Below the pieces are notes generated by a model that did not search any database, was not told where the DNA came from, and saw only the letters and a list, made by a program, of their open reading frames with translations. From Trichoplax adhaerens (taxonomy: Eukaryota > Animalia > Placozoa), in contig NW_002060973.1 of assembly GCF_000150275.1 (NCBI RefSeq), forward strand, positions 390,952-454,951: DNA of 64,000 bases, given 5' to 3'. This document shows, in pieces, positions 23,401 through 38,400 of the stretch. Position numbers and translations under genes: made by a program. Numbering within the stretch: the stretch's first letter is position 1; every line of letters begins with the position of its first letter.

Positions 23401-26400
23401 TATGTTATGATAATTTTGTTAGCCTATCCTTATTTAGTTAACTTCTAATTTGGATATACTGTGTTTTAATATAGCACTGACTTTTTATGACAGAGACACA
23501 TATACACATACTGAAATTAATAGTTATAATAGGGAATGCAAATCGTCTACTTACAGTTCGAATCATTGTGATTGTAACTTACTTATGGTAGATTGTAAAT
23601 TATCATGAAAATGTTTCGTGATAGGACATATCGTAATCTGACTATTTTGTATTAGTCATTACGTGTCTATGCTCGTAAATACTGTTGTCTGCATTAACGG
23701 AGCAGAAGCTAAAATTATAATCTAATTCAGTAAATGATTCCAATGTTAATTGTATTAACTATGACTCCCGAACTATTGAGGAATAGTATATAAATGCAGT
23801 ATATCGTGTGATAAAGAGGATTCTTAAACTTAGTATTTAACGTAAAATACGAGGCGTTTAAGTCTTTATGTAGTCTGCTAGTATAACAAAAGTGTTTCTG
23901 ATAGTGCAGATATCGTTCCTTGATACGTGGTTCAAGGAAATGACTTATTGATCGTACACTGCATTATCTTGTTGCAAAGCTGTTTTGTGACAAGGAATAA
24001 ACGTCTTATTGATATTTTCGTTATTTTAATGGATCAACTCATTATCTTCTTTTGTCGATTGATGGCGAATATTTTTAGAGAAGTCATACGTAACTATTAT
24101 CGACGCTGCAATGTAGAAGATAGTTAGAGCAAACTATATTCTTCTGATTATCTTATAGGAGACTGGACGGAAATAGAATATCGCTTATTGCTGATGGAGT
24201 ACTGGCACCACTTGGCAATTTAGAGTTTCTGTAAGTTGCTGTAAATCTTGATAAGTTTCTCATGTGGCTATTTTACTGCAATTAATTATAATAGCTGCTC
24301 CTGAGAGTAATATTCCTTTAATAATAATATAATAAATTGAAGGTTGACTAAAGATCGATTTACTAACAAACTTTTACATGATTTAGCGCAATTTAAAAAT
24401 CATATTCCTAATCTTTGTGATCTTATTTGTGACTGATAACGGTAGCAAATTCGGATTTCTGTTTGTGTAAACTAATCTTAATTGATTAATTTACTTCGTA
24501 ATAGCTGAGTAATTTTATTAAGTCCAATAAACCACGAGTATCTATCTTTAATCGCAAAATTTTCCATCAATAATTACATTATTAAAGTATTGTTTTCGCA
24601 CCATTACGCAAGAGAAGTAAAATTTAAAGTTTATAGTAAAGCAATACTAAATATCGTACTTTACTTTAGCAAGCACTTTTAGAAATGTCTTTCTAAAGCA
24701 GAGAGTAAATTAAGGTCTATGTCTTTATACATACCTAATTTTGCATAATTGCTCTAACTTACTTAAACACTTAGAAATAAATGATAAAATAAGCTAATTC
24801 ATGATAGCTACTTAGAATAGCTTAATATTTCTATTCGATATGGTAAAGTCCATACTTTTAACACTAAATATGATATTTATTGCTCCAAAATTATAAGTAC
24901 TTTATAAGATAGCCAGTTTTATCTACATCAATATGGTATAGATTGCTATCATGTATGAGAAGTAATAAATGATTGTACTTTTATTCAAGTAACTGAGCAA
25001 GATTACGATTCTGATTAAATTAAAGATTACGTTATGAGTAACAGTACAAAAGTGTTCACTAATAAAACTGATTTCATAGGAACAATGCAGTCAAAGACAT
25101 ATTCTTAAGTTACGGATAATAAATTAACCAAAGTTATTTGTAAGATAGTTGTTATACAAATAAAGGCAATTTGAGTTATAAAAAGTTATAATCAAATTTC
25201 TGTTTTGCGGTTCTTAGTTGTGGAAGTGAACGTGACCGTATGCGAAGTCGGTCATTTTGCAAACTGCCCTTGTAATTCAGATAATTTGTGACACATACAC
25301 ACTAATAACATACCTTGTAATTCAGAAGTTATTATAACTTATATATGAGGCCATTAAATACACATCATGAGATTCATGTTAGGAATAAATCATCCGTTCT
25401 ACCTAATATTATTTCATTGATCTATTTGCTATCTGGTAATATTTCTATAAAATTTTACGCCATCTTCACGTGTAAATCAGGAAATATACAATGAAAACGC
25501 TTATATTAGATGCAAAATTATCATAACTAATACTGATAGCAAAGGTACATTTCTAAACTTTGTTAGATTACCGCAATAGATAATTATGAACAGCGATTCT
25601 ATAAGAAAGTGAAGATGGCTCTACGAAAAATTTTATAGCCTTAAATATCAGAACTTAATTGTATAGCTGCTGATTAGTGTTTATTACTTTATAATATGAG
25701 TTGAACTGAACATTTTCTTGTAACGGAACTGATCAAATTTTAGCAATTTAGCAAACAATGGAATACAAGACTTGCGTTCTATGAGCTTTAGAGGTTTAAC
25801 TAATTTGACTAATCTGTAAGTAATTAATGAAAATAACCTAGAGTACCTAAGACTTCTTATTTGTCATATTTCAATTAACTATAGCATACTGGCATCGATT
25901 ATTGCTAATCAATTAAACTTATTAGAAATATTATACGGAACAAGATTACTGAAGTACCTCCCGAAATATTTAGAGATATGCCGAGACTAACAAAGCTGTT
26001 AGGATTCTATTGCTCACTGATTCTATATCGTAATATTAAGACTTATAATTTAAAATATCACTTCTGCACTACCAGTAAATCTGTAGAATCTTCGTAAATA
26101 CTTTCAATTATTTAATTATTTAGAATTTTTAAGAAAGCTTTTAAACGCTGAAGGATAAGATATTAAATGTATCTTTTCATATATTCTGTTAGATGGATGA
26201 ACACAAATTTGATTAACAAAATTAGCCAAGAATCATGGGAAGGAATAAATCAACTAAAGTCGATGTAAGACATAATATTCTATAAATGAGGACCAGAAAA
26301 GAATAAGTTTTTACAAAATTTAATCTATTATGTTGCATGTTAAAGTGCATTAGGAGTACTACGATTATATAACATACAATGCGCGAGAAATTGACTATGA

Positions 26401-29400
26401 TAAGGACTGACCATATTTGATCTTTGAGAAAGTTTTAAACTAGCTATCAAAAAATTGATGGTACCTGTGATTGAGGGTTCGATATCTCAGAGGATTGAGA
26501 TTTAGTCGCCATTTACAATTATTACAACAAAGGGTTTATAAAAGTTATGCTTTATTGTAGGTTAGTAATGTGAAGTACAGTGAGGTAGTTACGGTAGATC
26601 AGCGTGCAGGCTGTCGTGAGTAACGAGTAGAAGTATTAGACTGTGAGAGACTAACTAGATGACTAACTGAGAGGCTAATGAACTCTGAGGTAGAAATCGC
26701 CGGTATTTATAGTTTTAAAGATAGAGCACATGCAGAGAATAGGATTGTGGAAATAGGTACAACGTATACCATAACAGGTTACAAAATAGCAGATAATTGT
26801 AGAAAACAGCGAGTACCGTAATAACTAAATACGGTAGTCTATATATGAATGTAGAGTAAGCGGACTGTAGATCTGTCTAAATATAAGAGCAATACAACAT
26901 GTCTATATTTAAGAGTAGAATATAGTTACAGTATATTCTAAATACACTACAGTACCATTGCGAAGTTGACGTAATTTACAAGTCTTACTGTTTAGATAAC
27001 TTTTAAGATCGTCAAAAGCATATTCATGAGGATTAGTAGTTACTGAAAGCCGTTATTCGCTGACCTTACATGATAAAGTTATAGATATATACTATAATAC
27101 TTAGATTATGCCATTTTCATATTAATTCTATATGGTGCGCTTGTTACTGAGATATTGCCGATTTATCCATAGAGATCTCGCTATCAATGCAATTGAAGAA
27201 TTTGGTAGATCCGACTTTTCTTCGCTTGCTCATTTGGAAGATTTGTTAGTAGTTGACATATCTGTATAAATATACCACCAAAAGCAGACTATTTAATAAT
27301 GTTAGTATAAAGTAGCGTAGTATTGTGATTGCAGACTATTAGCCATGCTAAGTATGAGTTACGGTAGTGTCGTTTCTATATTTATCTTATGACGTATTTA
27401 GTAGCCCACAATTATAGACTGTAATAATAGACTCTATAATGGAGTATAGACGACTATATACAGTAAGATGTTGAGCTAGTAATAAGGTTAGAGATCAAGA
27501 TAGAATTGTAAATCAGATAATAGGATATAGTTAGTTCATTGCAGTTTGAGTGGTAAGAGCAATGTCTACGCAAATACTGTAATCGTTCGCATATTGGATT
27601 AATGATGGTTCGCTGTAAAATGTTGATACTAATAGTAACCTGAATATGTGTAAAATAAGGTAAAATGTTGCTATGCTGATTATAGCTGGGAAGGCTACGG
27701 GGATTATAAAAGCAAACGAAATTAGATTTTTTGATTGCTATTTCTAGAAGTCTTTCAGTAGTAGTATTCGTCTAGAGTAGAGCTGTGCAGCTAAACTTTG
27801 TATTAGATCTAATAAAGTTCTAGTTTTCTACAAATTTTGAATTTTCGTGATTGGATTTTATGACAGCTAGTTAATTTTATAAACTCATGATAACAATTAT
27901 ATACGATATCTACAGTAAATGAAGTCTTTCGGAGCCGTAACGAAAAAAATGCATTACGTTATAGGAGATTGAGCGTTAACTATTTGGTTGTCTTGGAAGA
28001 TTATATATTTTCAAATCTGTCTAATCTCCAAATTCTGTACGTTAATTGTATTTATTTTCCGTCGTATATCTAGTTATGATAGTAAATAGTCGCTTATAGG
28101 ACTTGTGGACTTGCTCTTGTTTGAAAGCTGTTTCCTTGTAACAAAATTTTTTCGAATTTTAGCGGGATACATGGCAATAGATTAGCTATTATTAAATCTC
28201 AATCATTTTATGGACTCTGGAAATTAAAAACTCTGTATGTTACAATCATTTAATTTACTTACCCATAAGTAATTGTTAAGTAATTGTCACTTACTTCAGA
28301 TATATTTTGAAGTAAATATTTTTCAATCAATAATTTGATTCCCTGTTGAATTAGACTCATTTATAATAACGAAATCGAAGTAATCGAACCTGGGTCTTTT
28401 TCCAATCTTACGGAACTTTCAACCATGTAAGTCTTTTCATTTAGACGAACTATCTAAAACTGTAATTGCATAGCAATAGTCTATTAGTTCTCAAAATAAA
28501 AGAATCCATTACTTAACATTAAAATAAGCTGTGTTAATCAAGGTAGTTAATATCATCAATGTTCTAATAAATATTTAAACAATCGATGATATTAAGGAAT
28601 TCATAACAGATAGTGGTTTGTTAACTGATATAAATATATTCTGTTTGTAGTTATTTTAATAATCAGAAATGTAATTTTAATATTATAACAGTCACTAGAA
28701 CATAATTACCAACCGTTCAGCTGCTATGAAGTTTTGTGTATTTTCATTTTACTAAAGGTTTACCAAGTTATTTTTTGTGTTATTTTCCGCTGAAAATGTT
28801 ATTATATCAATTGAAATCTCATTTTCTAGTATAAAAGGGTTGATTCTATTAAATAAAATTCAGTTGTGTTATTCACTTTTATAGCAGTTGCTCAGGCTGT
28901 ATTAACGTGTAGTTAAGTTATAGTTATACACATTGCAGAAAACTTGTCCGTAAGATTAAGTTATAGTATTTTAGTCACTATCATATAATTGCAGAGCAGA
29001 CATTAGAAAGACAATTTCACAGTGATTAATAGCTAGCAACAATTTCTTATCTAGTCGAGAGTATCATTTAATAAAGACTATGCTATCTTTGATACACTCA
29101 TGATTGGTTATTCCTTAATAGTATTTCCACGTAAAAAACTTGCCATTTTCCCGTATGTCTTATTATTCAATTTGATGATAGCAAACTTCAAGCAGAAATA
29201 ATTTATGTCAATTGAGTTATGAGTTCAGTTGAAGTAGCTAATGAAATATATTATGCACATAGATCAGAAGTTGTCCGTAGGATAAATGGTAAAATAGCAT
29301 TGATTATATCAATAGAGAAGCAATTATTAGGAGAGAGATTCTCCTTAATATCTTATTACGAGGTAGATTTACTGGATCATCAAAAGAAAAGCATACCTAT

Positions 29401-32400
29401 TTTATATTAACTCCATGTATCGCAAACTTAGTACTGGCATTTATTGAAATCAATATTATTTATGTCAGTGATCAATTTTATATTACTTAAATTCTTACTT
29501 TGCTCACTTACACAATCCTTAGCCTAGTGCGTATTATAAAATTTTTTTATTTTTGTCTTCAATTAACAATAATATTTTTAATAAATTGTATACTTCAAGA
29601 CGGTCTAACAGCTCCTATTATCTTTTAGTAATCTATCTTGGAACAAACTCGTATCTATCAGCAATAATATGTTTAGCAATATACCTTCATTGACAGAATT
29701 GTAAGTAAAATTTGATTTTACATGGAGGAATTGGATTCTTATACTTTTGGATATGAATAGCTATTTATAACTGGAAGACTTAAAGATAAATTGTAATTCC
29801 TTTATTTTAGGTTGATCTTAAATAACTTTGTGATCAATATCAGCTCCAAAGCTTTCCGAAAATCAGCAAACATTCGCAAATTGTACGTCAAGTGATATAT
29901 AATATTATGAAAGATATAATTAAATACTCATATAGTATTAACATTCAAATTGGAAGAGATTTGTCAGGAAATGGACTAAAAGTAATTTCAGAACAAACTT
30001 TCTCTGATTTAGTTAATATAAGAATCTTGTAAGTTAAGATTTTTCCGAATATGATTACATAACACTTGGCCTTGACTAATGCATTCTTTGCCTTACTCAT
30101 ATGGAATCATTTATAAATCTCCTTCATACTTAGAGAACTCAGAGTATGTTCCTTTACTGACATTGGTATATATTTGTTCTCTAATAGCACTTTTCTTGAA
30201 TATTTGTGAGTCTTTCTTGATATTTATGTACTCGTAATTGATTTCATTGATCAATATTCTATCAAAGAAAATTTAATGGACGTAAATCAATTATATTCAT
30301 TTAATTAGAGATCTTGGAGGATGCAACATTAAAACTATTGCTTCTACAGCTTTTAGGAACTCCGTTTCGTTAAAAATAATGTAATATGATTTACGACATT
30401 ACATATCGCAATTATACTTATCAATTAGAGTAGTCGCTTCATACTGTTGGTCTATTTAAACTATATTCTGCAAAATGATATCATATGCTTACCTATGAAA
30501 ATTTAGCTTCTTTGCATTTGAAGAAATAGTCATTTTTTACATAATTGATACCCTACTTTTAATATTTCTAATTATTCGTTCTAGAACATTCTAGAATTTA
30601 GTCAAGATACTTTACAGCGATGTGTATATCATGAAGCAATTTGACACCGTTAAGAATTTAATTTCCTTAAACTATAGAAATTTATCATCTACATCATTAC
30701 GAAAATTACCATCCTATATATTTGGATCTAATAACAAGACAATCCTGAAAGAGTTGTAAGCATATGAAATAAGGCGTAAAGCTTAAACAATTTTATATGA
30801 AATCACGAATTAACGAATAAATATAAACAAAATGACTACGAATTAATGTATAGAATTCTAATGTAATATCAATTGTACAAATTATGCATCATAATTGCTA
30901 GCAAATTAATTAAATGGTGATGCATAGCAAGGCATGCCCGTTTTTAACAAAATATTATTGTATATGACAGATTATGCTATTAAATCTTAAATATTCTCGA
31001 CCAGGTACCTAAATAACAGCTTAATAGAAAGTATTGACGCAAAGTCATTTTATGGATTAAATCACTTGGAACTGCTGTAAGATTTTAATTTTTATATTTA
31101 TCTATTTTAGAACTAATTGTTACATAATTCAATCCTGAAATTTCAATTTAAAGAACTTGAATATTCCGATAGTTCATTTTTTGACATAACGAAGCAAAGC
31201 AAATAGTTTCAAAAATTAAATTTTTCTACCACACCAGTCTCTAATGGATGGCCAAATAAATTAAATGCTCTTTTTCTTACTTAATATATAAAATAGTAGA
31301 AGCTAGCCTACTTGTAGGTAGCGTGGTATGAACTCTGATTCAGTATTTACTCAACGTTGCAGATAAAAATTTTTGAACAGTTAATAGTGCATTAAGTATC
31401 AATTGCATATGAAGTAGAGAGAAGAGTTTGTTTGCAAATCGGATGGCAAGAGTGTAATGTATTTAGTAATTAACATAGGTTACTATTAAGATTGATATTG
31501 AGCGTCACTTCCGATTTCTTTTATCGTTAATATCAACTGTTATTCTATTAGCCAGTTGTGACAGTGTTATATACTGTATTCGAGTAGAAATATCTATGTT
31601 ATGATAATTCTGTTAGCCTATCCTTATTTAGTTAACTTCTAATTTGGATATACTGTGTTTTAATGTAACACTGACTTTTTATGACAGTGACACATATACA
31701 CATACTGAAATTAATAGTTATAATAGGGAATGCAAATCATCTACTTACAGTTCGAATCATTGTGATTGCAATTTATTTATAGTAGATTGTGAATTATCAT
31801 GGAAATGTTTCGTGATAGGACATATCATAATCTGACTATTCTGTATTAGTCACTAGATGTCTATGTTCGTAAATACTGTTGTCTGCATTAAGGGAACAGT
31901 ATCTATAATTAATATCTAATTCAGTAAATGATTTTAAAGTTAATCGTACTAAGTATAACTCATGAACTATTGAGGAATAGTATATAAATTCAGTATATCG
32001 TACAATAAATTGGATTCTCAAATTTAGTATTTAACGTAAGATACTAGACGTTTAAGTCTTTGTATAGTCTGCTAGTAGAGCAAAAGTGATTCTGATAATG
32101 CAGATATCGTTCCTTGATACGTGGTTCAAGGAATTGACTTATTGATCGTATATTACGTTATCTTGTTGCAAAGCTGTTTTGTGACGCAAGTATTTCTAAA
32201 TTATTACTTATAATAGCAATAATTTGTTTGTAATACTTTGGAAACGCTGCAAACAATTATTTGAAACACCTCGAAATGAAGATTGCAGCTTAAATATACC
32301 TACAAAAGTATACTACTGCAAGTAATCCTAGTTTCTTTTCTAAAAGGACGACCTATAAGAGTTATCAATTTCTTATTGGACACCGTACTGTAATCTGCCT

Positions 32401-35400
32401 TAGTTCTCATCTACTTAAGATTAACTATTAAAAGGTGTCCATAATTGGTCACTAGTTGCTTTCTCCTAATGAAATAAAGAAGCCTTAAACCCTAATAGAG
32501 GTTTCTTTACAGTTTTATTATTTGTAGCAAGCCTCGATTTGCAACAAATATAAATAAAACTTTATATATTAAATCAGCTACTATAATTAATTCGTTAATT
32601 GAATGCAGATTATAAATATCATTTATGCTTTTAGGACATTAAGTACAAATAATATCCAGCATTTACCAGCGGACACTTTTCAATTTCTTTCTGCCTTGAT
32701 TAAATTGTAAGTTTCATACAAGTACTTATATTGGAATTCATGTTTTTTGATATCTTAGACTAAATCATATGTGAACAATGACATCAATAGAATAAACACT
32801 CGCACATCTTTATGAAAATAGATACGATTTTAAAATCTTCTAATCAAATTAAATGAAATTTCGTACTGCTGATCATAAAATTTTATTACATTTGTCCTTT
32901 AGGAATCTGAACGAAAATAAAATAAAAAATTTGAATGGCTATGGATTTATAGGGTTGCAAGCACTCAAGAATTTGTAAGTAGATATTGCATTGAAAATTG
33001 CAGCTTTTGCTAGAATCTATGTCGCTTATATCTCCTTTAAATTATGATAATTATGCTATAATTGCCTTAAATGGCCACTCAGAACACATATTAACAGAAT
33101 GATCCTATATGGATTCGAAAGAATTTTCAGAAATGATCATTCAAATGTTTATTAACGCTTAAACAGCTAAATTTCCTTTTGTGACAATTTTAGATACTTA
33201 TCTTCAAACGAAATCAAACACATCGACAATGAAGCTTTTATAGGCCTTATAGAACTAGCAAATCTGTATGTTAAAAAATAGCGCTGTCTACGCAAAATTA
33301 AGCTAGCAAAAAACCGGCTATAGTTATCACAGGGAGAGACAAAATTTAATTTTGATTACCTTAATATTCGCTTCTATTCCTGCGCAAATACAAACAAGAT
33401 CAATAATTTTATTAGAGCTATCAGTTTTATCGACTCTGCTGTTTTCTTAAGAAGTCTATTCTATAACTACCAGGAATGAATAATTTAAAAATAAATACTG
33501 AACTTAAATTTATGATGATGAATATGAGAACTGGCTTGAAAATTTTCTTTTAATGCCTGCATAATCTTTAATAGCGGAAATTGTAACATACTGAAAGCTT
33601 TTAATTTACGGTTTCTGATTGATCCTCATGTTTATGACATTCGTGGATCGCAACGCTAGTACATTTTGCAGGATGCTCTATAGAGCTAACATCCATTCTT
33701 TATTGGCAACAACTGAGCTGATTAAAAGCATTTTAAATTATTTTAATATTTAGACATGTCAATAATAACTATCTGACTTCACTCAACCGAACAATCTTTA
33801 ACGGATTACGTAAATTAAATAATTTGTAAGTTTGAGAAGAAATATTAACTGAACTGTTTCCATATTATAGTATTAAACAACATGATCTGAGAATAGCAAA
33901 ATTATAAATGAATATTAGGCCTCATTAAAACGTTAATAGTGATTTAATCGTAATAATTAATACGATGCTATTCAACTCTGTAAATCAGCTTAGTTTTGTG
34001 ATAGTAGACTATTAGCCATATTTAGTATGATACACGGTATTGCCGTTTCTATATTTATCTTATGATATATTTAGTAGCCCACAATTATAGTCTGTAATAG
34101 TAGACTCTATGCTAGAGCAAAGATGATTATATACAGCAAGATATTGAACTGTTAATAATGATAGAGATTGTGACAGTGTTTTATACTGTATTAAAATCAG
34201 AAATATCTATATTAGGATAATTTTGTTAGCTTATCCTTATTTGGTCAACTTCTAATTTGGATATACTGTGTTTTAATATAACACTGCCTTTTTATGACAG
34301 AGACATATATACATATACTGAAATTAATAGTTATAGTAGAGCAAAAGTGTTCCCGATAGTGCAAAAACCATTCCCGGATACGTTGTTCATGGAACTGGCT
34401 TTTAATCATACATTACATTATCTTGTTACAAAGCTGTTTTGTGACAGAGGTATAAATAGAATTGTAAATCAGATATTAGGATATGTTTAGTTGATTGTAC
34501 TTTAGATTATCTGGTTGTTATTTTTAGAAGTCTTTCAGTAGTAGTATTCAGCCAAAGTAGAGCTGTACGGAGCTAATCTTTGTCTTAGATCTAATAAAGT
34601 TCTAATTTTCTACCGATTTGAATTTTCATAATCAGATTTTATCACAAATTCTTATAGTCAATTTAATGCTATTTATGTTTCAAAATAAACCTCTTTTTGT
34701 TGATATTTGCTATAGGCTGATTGACGAAAATCAGTTAACCTTTATTCAGGATTTTCAATTTTCTGAGCTGAAAGCATTGCAAACTTTGTTAGTTATTTAT
34801 TTATCTTTACTACATATCAAAAACATGACACAGGAATATTAAATAAAAATGGCTATAATTTGAATAAATATTAGATATTTAAGGTCAAATAAAATAGAAC
34901 TTGTCCAACCTAAAGCTTTTGAAGGACTGGATAATATTAAGGAAATGTAAGTAGCTAGACTGATGTAAATAAAAATTTTTAATTCTAATGTATGGCGATA
35001 TTATAATCGGATGAAATTAGTCGTTGGCCAATGAATCAATGTGAAGCAAAGCATATACAATTTATAAATTTCTGACAATCTAAAACTTATAGCTTGCTAA
35101 TATTTTATACTATCCTTTATAACCACTGTGATGGAAATGCAACAATCTATAGTTGGCTTGACGGCAATCCCCTCAATCATTTATTGGATTTACCTTTTAG
35201 CAGCTTCAAAAGTCTTAATTACATGTAAGAAATAGGAAAAATCAATTTTAATAATTCGATATGATTTAAATTTAAGGTCCTTAATGTTACATATTGTACA
35301 TTATTTTTTAATATTAATAACTCGAATTATGCGAGATAAGCATTAACGAATTCTATACTTTAAAAACTCGTTAGAGGTTTATCCAAGACCAAACTGCTTA

Positions 35401-38400
35401 GAATCAATATTTCTTGTGCAAACATTGATGTCTATAAAGTCAATAAAATGTAAGTTTATATTTCTTTTTCTATTTTCAAGCATGAAACATTTCCAAAACA
35501 ATTTTATTTATTCCATTTACGGCTATAATTGGTCATTAGCCATTCTGTAAATATTACTCTTGCAAATTATTTTGAACAGTGACAAGTATATAATACCTTA
35601 ATTTTTCAATACCTTATTGTCACAAAACAGCTTTGGAACAAGATAACGTAATGTACGATCAACAAGTTAATTTTTGAATACCACTTATCAAGGAACGATA
35701 TCTGCACTATCAGAAACACTTTTGTTCTACTAATAGACTACACAAAGACTTAGACGCTGCGTATTTTACGTTAAACACTAAGTTAAGAATCCGCTTTATT
35801 ACACGATATGCTGCATTTACATACTATTGCTCAAAAATTCATAAGTCATAGTAAGATTAACTTTGGAATCATTCACTGAATTAGATATTAATTTTAGCTA
35901 CTGCTTCCTAATGCAGACAACAGTATTTACGAACATAGACACCTGATGACTAATACAGAATAGTCAGATTACGATATGTCTTATCATGAGATATTTCTAC
36001 GATAATTCATAATCTACCATAAATAAGTTATAAACACAATGATTCGAAGAGTTAGTAGATAATCTGCATTCCCTAATATAACTATTAATTTCAGTATTTG
36101 TATAAATGTCACTGCCATAAAAAGCCAGTGCTACATTTAAAGACAGTATATCCAAACTAGAAGTTAACTAAATAAGGATAGGCTAACAGAATTATCCTAA
36201 CATAGATATTTCTACTCTAAAACAGTATATAACACTGCAATACTTATTTAACCGATTAAGTAGCAAGATTAAATGGAAGTAATTAGAAAAATATATCCTA
36301 TTTATAGAATTTCATACTTTAAGAATAGGGACTAAAAGGTAGTTATTACTCTTTATAGCCTTAGTTACTGATTTTATTGCTTTTCTTTGCATAGGGATTT
36401 ATCGAACAACCTAATGAGTGAAATTAAAATTTTTGGATGTTTTCCTTGCTTGCAGCAAATGTAATTAAGTACTGAATAATAGTATCAATCTTATTGTACT
36501 ATTTATCAAAGACTGATTAGCTATTTTGTTAATTTTGATATAACGTCAGTCCACTTACTATGCTGCTGAAATATTCTTTCAATGTCATCAATATACAGTA
36601 CCTGAATTGATTAGCATTAATGACGCACTTGCTTCAATTTTCAGCAATATCTCAAGCAACAGATTTACTAGGGATGAAAGTCTATCTTTTCGTAACCTTT
36701 CTTGTATTTCATCATTGTGAGTGAATTGTTTACCTTTGAGTTTAATGGCTGTATGATATAAAGTGCATATTAGTATCATGATGATATCAATACGTACTCC
36801 TTTGCTCTCTTCTAGACGATGCTCTTATGCATTTCAGCTACATATGATTACAATTTTATCAGTTAATATATTTATATATCGTAATAATTTAGATTAAATA
36901 ATATCTTAACTTGACCAAACATTATAAACCTGGAGTCTGTTTAATTAATCTATTAACAGAGTATTAACAATATAGCTTAAAGAGCATAATACAGACCACA
37001 CTTTTATTTCAACAACATGTGAATTTGATTTTAGAGATGTTAGCAAAAATAGAATTTTGAAGTTATCTTCAGATGTTTTCTCCACTTTACAAGATCCTAT
37101 AAACCTTTCTACACTGTATGTATACATATGAAATTCTTAGTGAATGTTATATATATATATATCAATCAATGTATTACATTTTAATGAAAGTATTATAATT
37201 TTTCATGTCATTCTTTAATAACACATTTAAATGCAGAAATATATCTAGCAATCGGCTAGACTATATCCGAGCAGATATATTTTATCCAACATCTGGTTTG
37301 AAAACGCTGTAAGAATTATTGCTATTACACAAATGAATATATTTGAGGTCCTAGTGATAAATGCCAGCTTTAATTCTTAGCGACATAACGGAATAATGCT
37401 ATACAGTAAGACATAAATTATCGGAGAGTTACCACTACAATTTTGAAAAAGACTGCTTATGTAATTCTATAATCATTAGCTACCGATGTACAATATTAGA
37501 TATTGTGCACTGATTTACCTATTTATACATGTTGCGCTCTAAATTAAAAGCCCACGTCAATTCCAAACACAAAAATATGCTAATGATCTATAATACATTG
37601 CAAAATATCACCTACTCAACAAAGATTTGAAATATATTGCTATCTTGGTTGTTTATAAGCAGAAATATTGAAAATAATCGTCTGGATACATTGAATTTTA
37701 TTCAGCCGTTGCATAAACTAAATACGTTGTAAGTAAATTTTTTGCTGTACAATTGAAATGATAAATAGAAATGTTAGTTGTATCTATGCCGTGTATTTTC
37801 GTTTTAACATATCTTTCATGAAACTCAGCTGCTTTTTGGCTCGAATTGCAATCAGTATTGAGAACAATGCGAGCAAGTTCATGTATTCACTTCCATTTAC
37901 TAAATCGTTCTTCGTCTATCAATAAAATTTTACTAGATTGGGCTCCAAAAATCGAATAAGTACATTAAAGAGTGGCTATTTTAAAAATTTAACAAATCTA
38001 TTGCATCTGTAAGGAAATTAACTAAGGAGATCATTCTATAAAATAATCAATTTGAAGCCAATTTAAGGCATCAATACCAGCTAACCACTTTAAAATTAGC
38101 TAAAAATGATATTACAAAATCTATGAATAAAATAACGATGACTTTTATCATAAATTCTTTGAAAACGTTGTTAGGTATTTAAGTTTTAATGAAATTAAAT
38201 CTATTAGAAATGGAATATTTGAAGGATGCAAAAGTATCATAAATATGTAAGTTTCGATAGAAATCAATGTAAAGGACAAGCCTTCCAAATTTTTGAAAAA
38301 AATCAATGCTGCTGTTACGGTGTTACCTTACCGTTACGATAGTTTAATACGTACAGTAGTAGACAATATAAAAAAATATCCATATTTGTAGTGCTAGGTA

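Noticed and set aside
31644-32021. ORFs 31644-31835, 31836-32021, 34257-34490 and 23927-24127
   Set aside because: They fall wholly or partly within family B repeats, and other copies contain stops in the same frames.
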